Part shown: positions 8,432-17,176 of the stretch, piece after piece
Position numbering within the stretch: the first letter of the stretch is position 1
How the letters are laid out: every line of letters begins with the position of its first letter
Program-made: the position numbers and the translations under genes
Notes under the pieces: model-generated
The model's database searches: none
What the model saw: only the letters and a program-made list of their open reading frames with translations
What the model was told of the DNA's origin: nothing
Assembly: GCA_030756715.1 (NCBI GenBank)
Contig: JAVBJD010000002.1
Span: 4,085 to 68,084 of the forward strand
Source of the DNA: Conexivisphaerales archaeon
GTDB taxonomy: Archaea; Thermoproteota; Nitrososphaeria; Conexivisphaerales; UBA164
Reading direction: 5' to 3'
DNA length: 64,000 bases

Positions 8432-9406
8432 CTAAAGCCCGACTATCTCTTTCAGGACAGATTTAAAGCCCGATATGATCTTTTTAGATTCCACATCCGA
8501 GTTGCCTATGTAGATCCCGAACCCGTTTAAAAGAGATTCCACGATGTTGTTAACAGAAAAGACCTGAATAAAATTATGATAATAGGTAACGGTTCTCTTA
8601 GGTGGCAACAGATGAAACACTATTGCATAGTCGCTCTTTGTAACGTTATGAAGTGTCTTTGAGACCGTTAAAAGTATAAAAGCGAGATCCTGAAGCTCTT
8701 TTTGAGTGAGTTTCGTTATAGGCTTATAGTGGGTTGTGCTGGTTATTCTTACCTCGTTTATTCTGGAAGGAGACCAAGGGTAGTACGCAAGCCAGTTTTC
8801 GTTGCTGTAAATAAGCTTTGAACCTGACTCTTCAGCTTTTATGACCTCGCATATAGGGCATGAGTTTTTCTCTTCAAACGACTTCATGAATTTGTTCATT
8901 TCTTCGTTTATCGTCTTAGGAACGAAAGGCAGCCCAATGACGTCAAAGTGCGGGTGTCCTTCCATGTCTGCGCCGTTTGCAGAAAGCATTATGACAGCTA
9001 TGTATATTATTCTGTTCAGGTCCGCAAGCTTCTTATAGGTTTCCTGTATAGCATAAAGCGCTTCGTATACCTGATCCTTCGAAAGTTCATGAAAAGGTAC
9101 GTGATCTTTACCTATAAATACCGAATAGTGTTTCCCCTTTGCTGGCTCGCTTTTGTATGGCCAGTCGTTCCACTCACCGGTGTACTTATCGTCCACTAAA
9201 GGCTGTGGGTGTTCCCCTACCAAAACGTCCCAGCTCTCTATATCATCCTTCTTTATCCTGAGAAAGCTTGACCTGTTAACGCTTTCCTTAGATATAGAAA
9301 AGATAGAACTAAAATCGTTATTACAAACGGGGCACTTAATAGGAAAGGTTACATCCCACTGTATATGGGAAACGCCGCTTATGTTATCGTACCTGATCTG
9401 AGGCAT
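8432..9406 (-). CDS. GalT-like (galactose-1-phosphate uridylyltransferase / HIT superfamily) protein
   Basis: CPVC and CPIC Zn sites, HPH nucleophile motif, PWSPSR..E.RI. Confidence 0.7.
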   Translation of the reverse strand: MPQIRYDNISGVSHIQWDVTFPIKCPVCNNDFSSIFSISKESVNRSSFLRIKKDDIESWDVLVGEHPQPLVDDKYTGEWNDWPYKSEPAKGKHYSVFIGKDHVPFHELSKDQVYEALYAIQETYKKLADLNRIIYIAVIMLSANGADMEGHPHFDVIGLPFVPKTINEEMNKFMKSFEEKNSCPICEVIKAEESGSKLIYSNENWLAYYPWSPSRINEVRITSTTHYKPITKLTQKELQDLAFILLTVSKTLHNVTKSDYAIVFHLLPPKRTVTYYHNFIQVFSVNNIVESLLNGFGIYIGNSDVESKKIISGFKSVLKEIVGL

Positions 9407-9425
9407 CGTATCTATCTATTAACCT

Positions 9426-10052
9426 CTACAATAAAAGTTTTTTAAGCTCGTACTTCTTTGTTGCCCTGCCTTCCTCGTTTATTTCATATACTATTGGTAC
9501 GCCGGTCGGTATCTCGACGTTCACTATGTCCTGCGGAGGTATGTTTTCCAAGTACATCACGATAGACCTGAGGCTGTTGCCGTGGGCCACTACAAGCACG
9601 TTTTTCCTGTAATAAGTTAGGTCAAGCATCACGGTGTTCTTAAAGAACGGCACTGTCCTTTTCTGAGTGTCTTCCAAGCTTTCACCTCCTGGCGGTTTAA
9701 CGTCATAGCTTCTCCTCCACAGTTTTACCTGATCATCACCATAGATCCTTGCCGTCTCTGCTTTGTTTAGGCCCTGTAGATCACCGTAGTGCCTTTCATT
9801 TAGATGATAATCTTTTATTACGGGTATATCTTCCCCCAGCTCTTTCAGTATAATTTCGAGAGTTTCTATGGCCCTTGATAGCTGGCTTGTGTATGCAACG
9901 TTGATCTTGATCCCGCTCTCTTTTATAAGGTTCCCGGCGCTCCTTGCCTCTTCTCTGCCTTTTTCTGTAAGCGGTACGTCGACCCAACCCGTGAACCTGT
10001 TCTCCATGTTCCAGAGAGATTCCCCATGTCTTACTAGTATCAAATAAACCAT
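9426..10052 (-). CDS. gpmA: 2,3-bisphosphoglycerate-dependent phosphoglycerate mutase
   Basis: LVRHGESLWN.ENRFTGWVD, LNERHYGDLQGLNK, WRRSYD, AHGNSLR; start at ATG 10052 (ORF track extends upstream). Confidence 0.93.
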   Translation of the reverse strand: MVYLILVRHGESLWNMENRFTGWVDVPLTEKGREEARSAGNLIKESGIKINVAYTSQLSRAIETLEIILKELGEDIPVIKDYHLNERHYGDLQGLNKAETARIYGDDQVKLWRRSYDVKPPGGESLEDTQKRTVPFFKNTVMLDLTYYRKNVLVVAHGNSLRSIVMYLENIPPQDIVNVEIPTGVPIVYEINEEGRATKKYELKKLLL

Positions 10053-10177
10053 GCAAAGGTTTTGGTTGATCAGAAAATAAACTTTTTTATAAAAGCCAGG
10101 AATAAAAGCAAAGGACGTGCTTATCGTTTGCTGTATTTTAAATAAACGTTTTAAACGCATAAAAAAGAAGCTATTGT

Positions 10178-10798
10178 ATGGCTTTAACAGTATTTTTCGT
10201 AAGGCACGGTCATGCTGAAAACAACAGGGACGGATTCTTCCCTGATGACCAGAGATTCGATTACAAGCTAACTGAGAAAGGTGTGGAACAGGCTAAGCAG
10301 GCCGCTGAACTGCTTTATGACTCAAAAGCAGAAGCCATTTTTTCGAGCCCCGTTTACAGGGCTTACCAGACCGCGCAGATAATAGGAGAGAGGCTTTCTT
10401 TAAATGTTATTAAGGACGAAAGGCTTAGAGAAGTTGAGCTAGGCAACCTGAAAAATGCTCAAACAAAAGAAATATTTGAAAACGACCCGGACTGGTTCAT
10501 GGAATATTTTAACGTCAAAACCGTTTACGGTCTGGAAAAGTACGATAGCATAAGAAGAAGGATGCTCGATTTTGTAAAGAGCCTCTTTGAAAAGGGTTAC
10601 ACAAGAGTTATAGCGGTTAGCCATCTAGAACCAATAAGAGCTCTCGTAACTTTGCCTTTAAACGTAACTGGAAAAGAAGTCAGGAAAATAGAGATACACA
10701 ACGCATCTATAAGCACTTTGAGGTTCGAAGATCCAGGTCTAAATGAAATTAGGATACTTTCGGTAGACTGTGTTCCTATAAACCGTTTCTTTTCATGA
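10178..10798 (+). CDS. Histidine phosphatase superfamily protein (PGM-like)
   Basis: VRHG, LTEKG..QA, SSPVYRAYQTA, LREVELG, VSH. Confidence 0.87.
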   Translation: MALTVFFVRHGHAENNRDGFFPDDQRFDYKLTEKGVEQAKQAAELLYDSKAEAIFSSPVYRAYQTAQIIGERLSLNVIKDERLREVELGNLKNAQTKEIFENDPDWFMEYFNVKTVYGLEKYDSIRRRMLDFVKSLFEKGYTRVIAVSHLEPIRALVTLPLNVTGKEVRKIEIHNASISTLRFEDPGLNEIRILSVDCVPINRFFS

Positions 10799-10847
10799 TT
10801 AAGGATCTTTAAGCAAAAAATAAAAGCCTGCATTGAATAATTTTTTC

Positions 10848-11102
10848 ATGCAAATTATACTGTACGGAAGCCTCTCCAGAAAGCTGGGAAAGGTCCTTGA
10901 AATAGACGCTGATGGCCAGAAGACAATAAGGGATATATTACAAGAGCTTTCGACAAAAGAACCTGAACTTAAACCTGACAACCCGAACATACTTGTTTTT
11001 ATAAACGATGCAGAAGCTTCCTTGCTCGGAGGCCTCAGCTACAGGCCAAAGAACGAGGACAAAATTGCTGTATTGCCAGTAGCGCATGGTGGAGCGCAAT
11101 GA
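10848..11102 (+). CDS. Urm1/SAMP-like ubiquitin-fold (MoaD/ThiS family) protein ending HGG-AQ
   Basis: ILVFIND.E..LLGG and IAVLPVAHGG resemble Urm1; stop follows GG-A-Q; start at ATG 10848. Confidence 0.85.
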   Translation: MQIILYGSLSRKLGKVLEIDADGQKTIRDILQELSTKEPELKPDNPNILVFINDAEASLLGGLSYRPKNEDKIAVLPVAHGGAQ

Positions 11103-11434
11103 AGTTATACGTAGATAAGCAGCCGAATGAACCCTTTCTGTTTAAGGTGCACATAAAAGCAGAATGCATCAAGAGGATTGAAGTCCTTTATCTGATCGCG
11201 ATGCAGACCCTCTTTGCTTTGAAGAACAACGAGCTATTAGCAAAAACGCCGGAAATTGACTTTTTGATGAGGCTTGCCAGATCAGACCAGATATTTAAAG
11301 CAGAAAATGCATGTAGCGGCTCAGCTCATACGGTTTATGTTGTAGAATCTGGAGAAAATGAAAATCTTCAGATAAAAGAGGAGGATCTTGACGAAGCTGA
11401 GCTTTCTGCTTTAACGGTCTCAGAAAAAAGCTGA
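11099..11434 (+). CDS. cgi121: KEOPS complex subunit Cgi121-like protein
   Basis: LLAKTPEIDFLMRLARSDQIFKA matches the Cgi121 helix pattern; ATGA overlap with the Ubl gene. Confidence 0.65.
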   Translation: MKLYVDKQPNEPFLFKVHIKAECIKRIEVLYLIAMQTLFALKNNELLAKTPEIDFLMRLARSDQIFKAENACSGSAHTVYVVESGENENLQIKEEDLDEAELSALTVSEKS

Positions 11435-11472
11435 AAACGCTTATGTAAACAACATTTCTTCTGGTATATTAA

Positions 11473-12522
11473 ATGATTGATGATAGATTTTTGAATCGTT
11501 ATTCGAGGCAGATAGTGCTTAAAGAAATAGGTTTTGAAGGCCAAGAGAAGCTTCTAAAATCAAGGGTTACAGTCGTCGGCGTGGGAGGGCTTGGTTCAAT
11601 GGTAGCTTCGCTCCTTGCAAGGATGGGCTTTGGTGAAATCCACATAATTGACAGGGACATAGTGTCTTTGAGCGACCTGCACAGACAGATACTTTATGAC
11701 GAAGACGATCTGGGCCTGCCAAAAGTTTATGCTGCACAAAGAAAGCTTCAAAAGATAAACTCTGATGTAAAGGTTTTCCCGCATGCTATGAGCGCGAATA
11801 ATTATGAGCTCATGAAAGACGTAATCGATAGAACTGATGTAATAGTCGACGGCCTTGATAACATGAGGGCCAGGTTCAACGTCAACCTTTTGGCCGTTAC
11901 GCTAAAGAGGCCGTATGTGTTTGCGTCTGCCATAGAAAACTATGGAAACCTCAGCACTGTAATACCAGGAAAAACACCATGTCTGAACGAGTTCTATGGT
12001 GAATTCAGAGACAGAGAACTGCCAACGTGCGCTACGTCCGGTGTAAACCCGGCGATCGTCACCTCGGTTGCTTCTTTAGAAGTTAATGAGGCATTAAAAA
12101 TGATTGTTGAAGGCAGTTCGCTTTTCTCCGGAAAACTGGCGTTGCTGGACCTCAATCAGGGAAGCTTAGAGGCGATAGATCTAAAAAAGGACGAGGAATG
12201 CGAGGTGTGCAATATGAGAGCAAAACCAGAAAAAGAACCGGTTATAGAAATAAGCTGCAGCAAGGATGGTTTCTCTACAGTTTTTGTAAACAACTACGCT
12301 GGCAACATAGATACAGAAAATATTTCTCAAGTCCATGGAGTTAAGATTACAGCAAAAAATGACCTTTACGTCTCTGGAGCCTATGAAGATTCTTCTTTTA
12401 CTGTATTTAACAACGGTTATGCTGTTTTTCAGTTTAAATATTATGACGACCAGATAAAAAACAGGGTTGAAAGAATCTATGGAGAGCTCGTTGGGAGATT
12501 TAATAATAAGCAGGCTTTCTGA
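11473..12522 (+). CDS. ThiF/MoeB/E1-like ubiquitin-like-protein activating enzyme
   Basis: RYSRQ, GVGGLGS, DRDIVSLSDLHRQILY, DGLDN, PTCATSGV (catalytic Cys), CEVC, C-terminal extension. Confidence 0.9.
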   Translation: MIDDRFLNRYSRQIVLKEIGFEGQEKLLKSRVTVVGVGGLGSMVASLLARMGFGEIHIIDRDIVSLSDLHRQILYDEDDLGLPKVYAAQRKLQKINSDVKVFPHAMSANNYELMKDVIDRTDVIVDGLDNMRARFNVNLLAVTLKRPYVFASAIENYGNLSTVIPGKTPCLNEFYGEFRDRELPTCATSGVNPAIVTSVASLEVNEALKMIVEGSSLFSGKLALLDLNQGSLEAIDLKKDEECEVCNMRAKPEKEPVIEISCSKDGFSTVFVNNYAGNIDTENISQVHGVKITAKNDLYVSGAYEDSSFTVFNNGYAVFQFKYYDDQIKNRVERIYGELVGRFNNKQAF

Positions 12523-13153
12523 GGTTTACAGCATTAAAAAGGATGAATTTGCGCCTCTTAACTTCAAAGATCCATTCCTGATAATTGTTTCGATCATACT
12601 CAGCCAGAACACCACAGATAAAAACGCGCTTAAAGCAATGGAGAATTTAGTTTACAATGGACTTGAAAAACCCGAGGACTTTTTGAAAGCAGGAAGAGAA
12701 AAAATAAAAGACATGATCAGGGTTGCAGGGCTTTACGATCAAAAAGCTGAAGCCATAATCAGGCTTGCTAAGTGGAGCGTTCAAAAATATGGAGGAGACC
12801 TTTCTCTGTTAAAGAACGAAGATCCAGATCAAGTCTTCAATGAACTCACGAGCATCAAGGGAATAGGACCTAAAACAGCAGACGTTTTTCTCGTTTTTTA
12901 CTTAAGAGCTAGGACCTTCCCGATTGATACGCATATAAGGAGGGTTGTAAAGAGGCTCGGAATAGCTGACGGTAGTTACGATAAGATGAAAAAAAGGCTG
13001 CTGGAAATTTTCCCAGATCCCATGAAAGCTCACATACTTTTGATAAAACACGGGAGGACTACATGCAGGGCCAAAAACCCTAACTGTGAAAAATGTGTAC
13101 TAAATGACGTTTGCAGATATCATTTAACTTTAAAGACCGAAAAAAAGGCTTAG
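12479..13153 (+). CDS. nth: Endonuclease III (HhH-GPD DNA glycosylase)
   Basis: ILSQNTTD, KGIGPKTAD, FPIDTHIRRV, C-terminal CRAKNPNCEKCVLNDVC 4Fe-4S motif. Confidence 0.92.
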   Translation: MESSLGDLIISRLSEVYSIKKDEFAPLNFKDPFLIIVSIILSQNTTDKNALKAMENLVYNGLEKPEDFLKAGREKIKDMIRVAGLYDQKAEAIIRLAKWSVQKYGGDLSLLKNEDPDQVFNELTSIKGIGPKTADVFLVFYLRARTFPIDTHIRRVVKRLGIADGSYDKMKKRLLEIFPDPMKAHILLIKHGRTTCRAKNPNCEKCVLNDVCRYHLTLKTEKKA

Positions 13154-13158
13154 ATATA

Positions 13159-14502
13159 TTAGTCTGATAATGTTTCAAAAAGCAAGGCAAAGGCTTCGTT
13201 AGCGCTTGCTGCATGCTCGGACGAATTGTTAAGTTCTGAATACAAGTAAACAAGGCCTTCTGAAAAGTTCTTCGATATACCTGCCGGAACCCCCCAGCTC
13301 ACAGGATCAAGCTTGACCTTCTCGAGGACTTCTCTGGCGTTCCTGAATTTGCTTGGTTCAAACGAGTACATCTTCATGTCGTTCTCGACCCAGACGTACC
13401 TGTGGCTTTTAAGAAACGCCACAGAGCTTTCAGGTGAATAAACCGATGGCCCTGTTCTGATTTCAAAATCTCTTTTTTCAAATTCGAGAAAGATAGCGAA
13501 GCTGACCCACCCGCGTTCTTCTGATACTGCAGACCTTATTATCCTGTAACCTGCAGTTCTTAGAGCGTTCCGTAAAGCGTCTTCAGCCTTATAGTACATC
13601 CCCCACTTTATGTCCTCGACGAGATCTGGGGCTCTGAAAGAAAACATAACTACGGTACCAGTCGAACTGAAATCAGGTGTGATCTTCTTAGCCCTGAAAT
13701 AATTAATTTTGGGGTTAATAATAAACTCAAGAGATATAACTTTAAGTTTTGCAAAAACCCTGTTTTTTATCGCTAAAGCCAAGTTTCTTTTTTGATCTAC
13801 AGGGTCAAGGATTATTACCGGCGTATTAAAAACCTTCTTGGGGTCATAATCATAAGGCTCAAGAGCAATAACTTCTCCCTGGGACCACATAACTATGTTC
13901 TTCAAAAGCTCAACAAAAGAACCGTACTTTACAGTTAAAACTTCAGAAACATAACCGCTGAGCCCGCCCACCTTTATTTCAGCCCCATAGAGACCGTTGT
14001 TTTTCAAAAATTTCTTGAAAACTCTTATTTCACTTCTCAGCTCATCGTTGAGTTTTTTTATCAGATAGTCATTGTGATACCTGCTTCTGTCCATGCTCGT
14101 TATCCACTTCCCTGGAGGAACGTCAGCGCAGGGAACCAAGTTAAATTTTATACCGTTGATGGTGCCTTCTATATAAGGGTGCTCAGCATAATTAAGCCAG
14201 TAGTTTAAGCCTCTTACGACTTCTTTAAGGTCCTCGAGACCCTTTTTCCCTATCTCATCAGCGCCAAGTTCAGGATCGTACAGGACAAAAAAATCTATGT
14301 CTGCGTCTTCTGGGAGCCAAGTATCCCTTGCGTAAGAGCCTCCAAGCACGAACTTTAAACCTTTTGCCTTCAGCCTTTCAGAGATAACCTTTTCAGCTTC
14401 TTTTAATTTGTTCCTCTGTTCATGAGTCGGCGTGACTTCTGTCTTTATGATTTCGATTACTTTTTTTACCCCTTCGTAATCAGCTTTTAAATCCAAATTC
14501 AT
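13159..14502 (-). CDS. cca: CCA-adding enzyme (class I, archaeal)
   Basis: GGSYARDTWL..DADID, YAEHPY, DRSRYH, YGAEIKVGGLSGY, DPVDQKRNLA. Confidence 0.95.
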   Translation of the reverse strand: MNLDLKADYEGVKKVIEIIKTEVTPTHEQRNKLKEAEKVISERLKAKGLKFVLGGSYARDTWLPEDADIDFFVLYDPELGADEIGKKGLEDLKEVVRGLNYWLNYAEHPYIEGTINGIKFNLVPCADVPPGKWITSMDRSRYHNDYLIKKLNDELRSEIRVFKKFLKNNGLYGAEIKVGGLSGYVSEVLTVKYGSFVELLKNIVMWSQGEVIALEPYDYDPKKVFNTPVIILDPVDQKRNLALAIKNRVFAKLKVISLEFIINPKINYFRAKKITPDFSSTGTVVMFSFRAPDLVEDIKWGMYYKAEDALRNALRTAGYRIIRSAVSEERGWVSFAIFLEFEKRDFEIRTGPSVYSPESSVAFLKSHRYVWVENDMKMYSFEPSKFRNAREVLEKVKLDPVSWGVPAGISKNFSEGLVYLYSELNNSSEHAASANEAFALLFETLSD

Positions 14503-14556
14503 ACGCTGAACCTGAATACTATTTTAAACTATTTTAACGTTATTTTGCGATAACCT

Positions 14557-15075
14557 TTACTCAAAACCATAAGCTATTTCTTTTAAAGCTGTTTCTTCTG
14601 GTTTTTGAAGTTTTTTAAGAAGAAAGCCTATGCCCAAGCTATCAGCAATTTCTGGGTTAAAACCACCTTTTAAAGCCTCGCCCAGTATCCTCCTGGCTGT
14701 TTCGAAGTTTCCCCTCTGGTAATGGACTACTGCTACACAAACCTTAATAATGCTGTGTATTTCTTCTTTTTCGGACCCGTTTGCTTTATGCCATATCTCC
14801 TCAAGAACTTCATGAGCTTCCCAGCACCTTCCGTTTTTTATCAGTTCTTGCAGCGTTCTTCCGCATTTTTCAAGCTCACATTCTTCGACCTTTCTTAGTT
14901 TTAAAATATCCCCTATCTTTTCTCCTAAAAAAGAATCTGAAAAATAATCAACTTCTACAAACTTACCAACCCTTACGTCGTTTGCCTGAATTTCATTAGA
15001 TCTTAACAGGGATTTAAGAGATTGAGCTTGAGCGCTTCCATACCTATCGTTTTCAAAAATGGAAAGGCACCTCAT
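14557..15075 (-). CDS. DUF309 domain protein
   Basis: WEAHEVLEEIW..VAVVHYQRGN pattern. Confidence 0.75.
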   Translation of the reverse strand: MRCLSIFENDRYGSAQAQSLKSLLRSNEIQANDVRVGKFVEVDYFSDSFLGEKIGDILKLRKVEECELEKCGRTLQELIKNGRCWEAHEVLEEIWHKANGSEKEEIHSIIKVCVAVVHYQRGNFETARRILGEALKGGFNPEIADSLGIGFLLKKLQKPEETALKEIAYGFE

Positions 15076-15158
15076 GTTTAAGAATTAGGATAGCCTGTTT
15101 AAAAACACATGCAGCTGATATGCTGACCGAAAAATCAAGCGTACAAGAAATGCATCAA

Positions 15159-16496
15159 TCACTGTATAAATTCTTTATGAACAGCGCTTATTGCTTTTTT
15201 ACAGTCTTCGCTGTTGATTACAAAACCTATGTTTAGTTCGCTTGACCCCTGAGTTATCATTATTATGTTAATCTTTTCTCTAGCGACAGCTCCAAAAAGC
15301 CTGCTGGCGACCCCGGGCGTACCTTTCATACCTTCGCCAATTATTGAAACTGCGCACACGTTGTCGATAATTCTGTAATCCTGTATTTTTTCACCCATGA
15401 ACTGAATTTCAATAAGGTTTCTATACTTGTTTACGTCTTTCCTGTCAATTATTATGTTCACTTCTGAACCTGATGCGTTCTGTGTCACCGTGTAAAATTT
15501 AAGGTTTGAAAGCAAAAAACTGTTAAGAAGGTTTGGCAACAGGGACCTTAACCCTGTCCCGATTATAGTGAATATAGCCAGACCATCCAGATTTGCAACC
15601 GCTTTAACTACATTAGTTGAAATCACCCCTTCGCCCCTTATTTCTGTGCCGTTCTCTATCGGCTGCTTTATGTCGTTAATGTAAAGCCTTACGCCTTTTG
15701 ATTTAAGAAGTTCCATCGCTTTTGGATTAAAAATGTTAGGGTTAAACGAAAGGATTTCCAAAGCCTCATTGTAAGAAAGAATATCTATTTTATTGGCGTT
15801 ACTTATTATACCAGGGTCTGCGCTCATTAACCCTTGAGCGTTTGTCCACAGGTCAAGCTTCTGGCTCTCAGCAGATATAGCAAGTAAAGTTGCCACAAGG
15901 TCTGAGCCCCCTTCAGGAAGCCTGACTACTTTTTTATCAGAAGTTAAGGCCGTCAGACCTCCCACAAGGTTTATGCTTTGAGTATCAATGCTTTTGATAA
16001 AGCTCTTTCCTCTTTGAACAGAAGAGTTTATCATAACTTCATATCCTGATATCTGGTCCACTATGAGCCCTGCTTCATACCCGTGGAATACGTTTATCGC
16101 TTTGCCTATTTTGGATGATAAAAATTTCTTGATAGTAGAAAGAGTCATATCCTCAACCGAAAGATAAATCTGCCCTTCCAAGGCCGGGTATATTTCCTTT
16201 ATTTTTGAAATCAATTCAAAGATTTCAATTGATCCATTAAAAGATTCAAGAACCTTTTTTTCGTCATGAAAACCATTAACTCTGAACTTTTCATATACGT
16301 TCTTAAAAGCTAATGCGGCTTCTGCTTTGCCGCTCAATGCCAATTCGATGGCTTTCCTTATGTCGTTTTTTACGTTAGAAGGCACTGAAACAATAAAAAC
16401 CCCAGTAGCGTTGTACCTTTTTTCGATGAGCTTTTCTATGTCTTCATAATTAGATACATCAACTGCGCTACCACTAATCTTTGCTATTTCTTGCAC
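15159..16496 (-). CDS. Aspartokinase-like protein with two ACT domains and a divergent kinase domain
   Basis: GGSD, WT..G.MSADP, C-terminal VSIIGEGMKGTPGVASRLF..ITQGSSELNI; GTG start at 16496 preferred over ORF-track 16616. Confidence 0.8.
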   Translation of the reverse strand: MQEIAKISGSAVDVSNYEDIEKLIEKRYNATGVFIVSVPSNVKNDIRKAIELALSGKAEAALAFKNVYEKFRVNGFHDEKKVLESFNGSIEIFELISKIKEIYPALEGQIYLSVEDMTLSTIKKFLSSKIGKAINVFHGYEAGLIVDQISGYEVMINSSVQRGKSFIKSIDTQSINLVGGLTALTSDKKVVRLPEGGSDLVATLLAISAESQKLDLWTNAQGLMSADPGIISNANKIDILSYNEALEILSFNPNIFNPKAMELLKSKGVRLYINDIKQPIENGTEIRGEGVISTNVVKAVANLDGLAIFTIIGTGLRSLLPNLLNSFLLSNLKFYTVTQNASGSEVNIIIDRKDVNKYRNLIEIQFMGEKIQDYRIIDNVCAVSIIGEGMKGTPGVASRLFGAVAREKINIIMITQGSSELNIGFVINSEDCKKAISAVHKEFIQ

Positions 16497-16609
16497 GAAA
16501 ATACAGAAAAGGGTTTTAATATAAATTTTTTCATAGCAAAAAATTTTAACTGATAATAAGTATGAAAATAGTATAATATGTGAAATTATATGAATAAAAT
16601 TTCTTTTAA

Positions 16610-16625
16610 TTAACACCCCTGTTAA
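16610..16625. promoter_or_regulatory. Inverted repeat, candidate operator
   Basis: TTAACA-CCCC-TGTTAA about 30 bp upstream of the TATA-like tttata (16655-16660) of the wHTH gene pair. Confidence 0.3.
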
Positions 16626-16693
16626 CTTTCCGTTACATTCTTTGAAGAAAAGCTTTTATATAATAAACTGAAAATAAGTTAAAGTGAAAGAAA

Positions 16694-17176
16694 ATGTCAG
16701 TGAATTATTCTAAGGTTCGTTTGAAAATAGGTGTAAATGAGATAGAAATTTATGGAGTAAAGGAAGACATGGAATACCTCAGTCAGTTAGCTTTAAAGAT
16801 CTACGAAGGTATTTCTAAAAATGTACCTCAATCACAAGGTAAAGTGACGATCATAGAGAAGGAGGAAGAGCAGTCAAAGCAAGCTGAAAACATAATCCAG
16901 CTTCCTGATATACAGCCCGATCCAAATTCTTCTCTGCCAGCAAACATATTGAAGCTCTTTGTAAGCGAATGGGGCAAGAAGCCCAGGAGGCTTTCAGAAG
17001 TAAAGGAAGTGCTGGACAGCTTTGGGCTTGTATATCCCAAACAGACGGTGGCTGTTTCTCTTTTGAGGCTAGCTAAAGAGGGTAAAATACGCAGGTTTAA
17101 GAACGAGCGCGGTGAATACGTATATATTTCAGTTCCTTCAAAGATACTGCAAGAGGAGCAAGGTGAAACGGCATGA
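16694..17176 (+). CDS. Hypothetical protein, probable C-terminal winged helix-turn-helix
   Basis: PRRLSEVKEVLD..TVAVSLLRLAKEGKIRRFK..YVY wHTH pattern. Confidence 0.6.
   Translation: MSVNYSKVRLKIGVNEIEIYGVKEDMEYLSQLALKIYEGISKNVPQSQGKVTIIEKEEEQSKQAENIIQLPDIQPDPNSSLPANILKLFVSEWGKKPRRLSEVKEVLDSFGLVYPKQTVAVSLLRLAKEGKIRRFKNERGEYVYISVPSKILQEEQGETA

Noticed and set aside
251-10151. Recurring AAACGTTT palindrome in intergenic regions (e.g. 251-258, 5469-5476, 10144-10151) as a novel operator
   Set aside because: It sits about 25-35 nt upstream of starts and reads as the BRE-TATA junction of ordinary archaeal promoters
15159-16616. ORF-track 5' extensions (aspartokinase-like to 16616, gpmA to 10160, beta-CASP from 50662)
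   Set aside because: The extensions run through AT-rich promoter DNA and precede the family-conserved N-terminal motif
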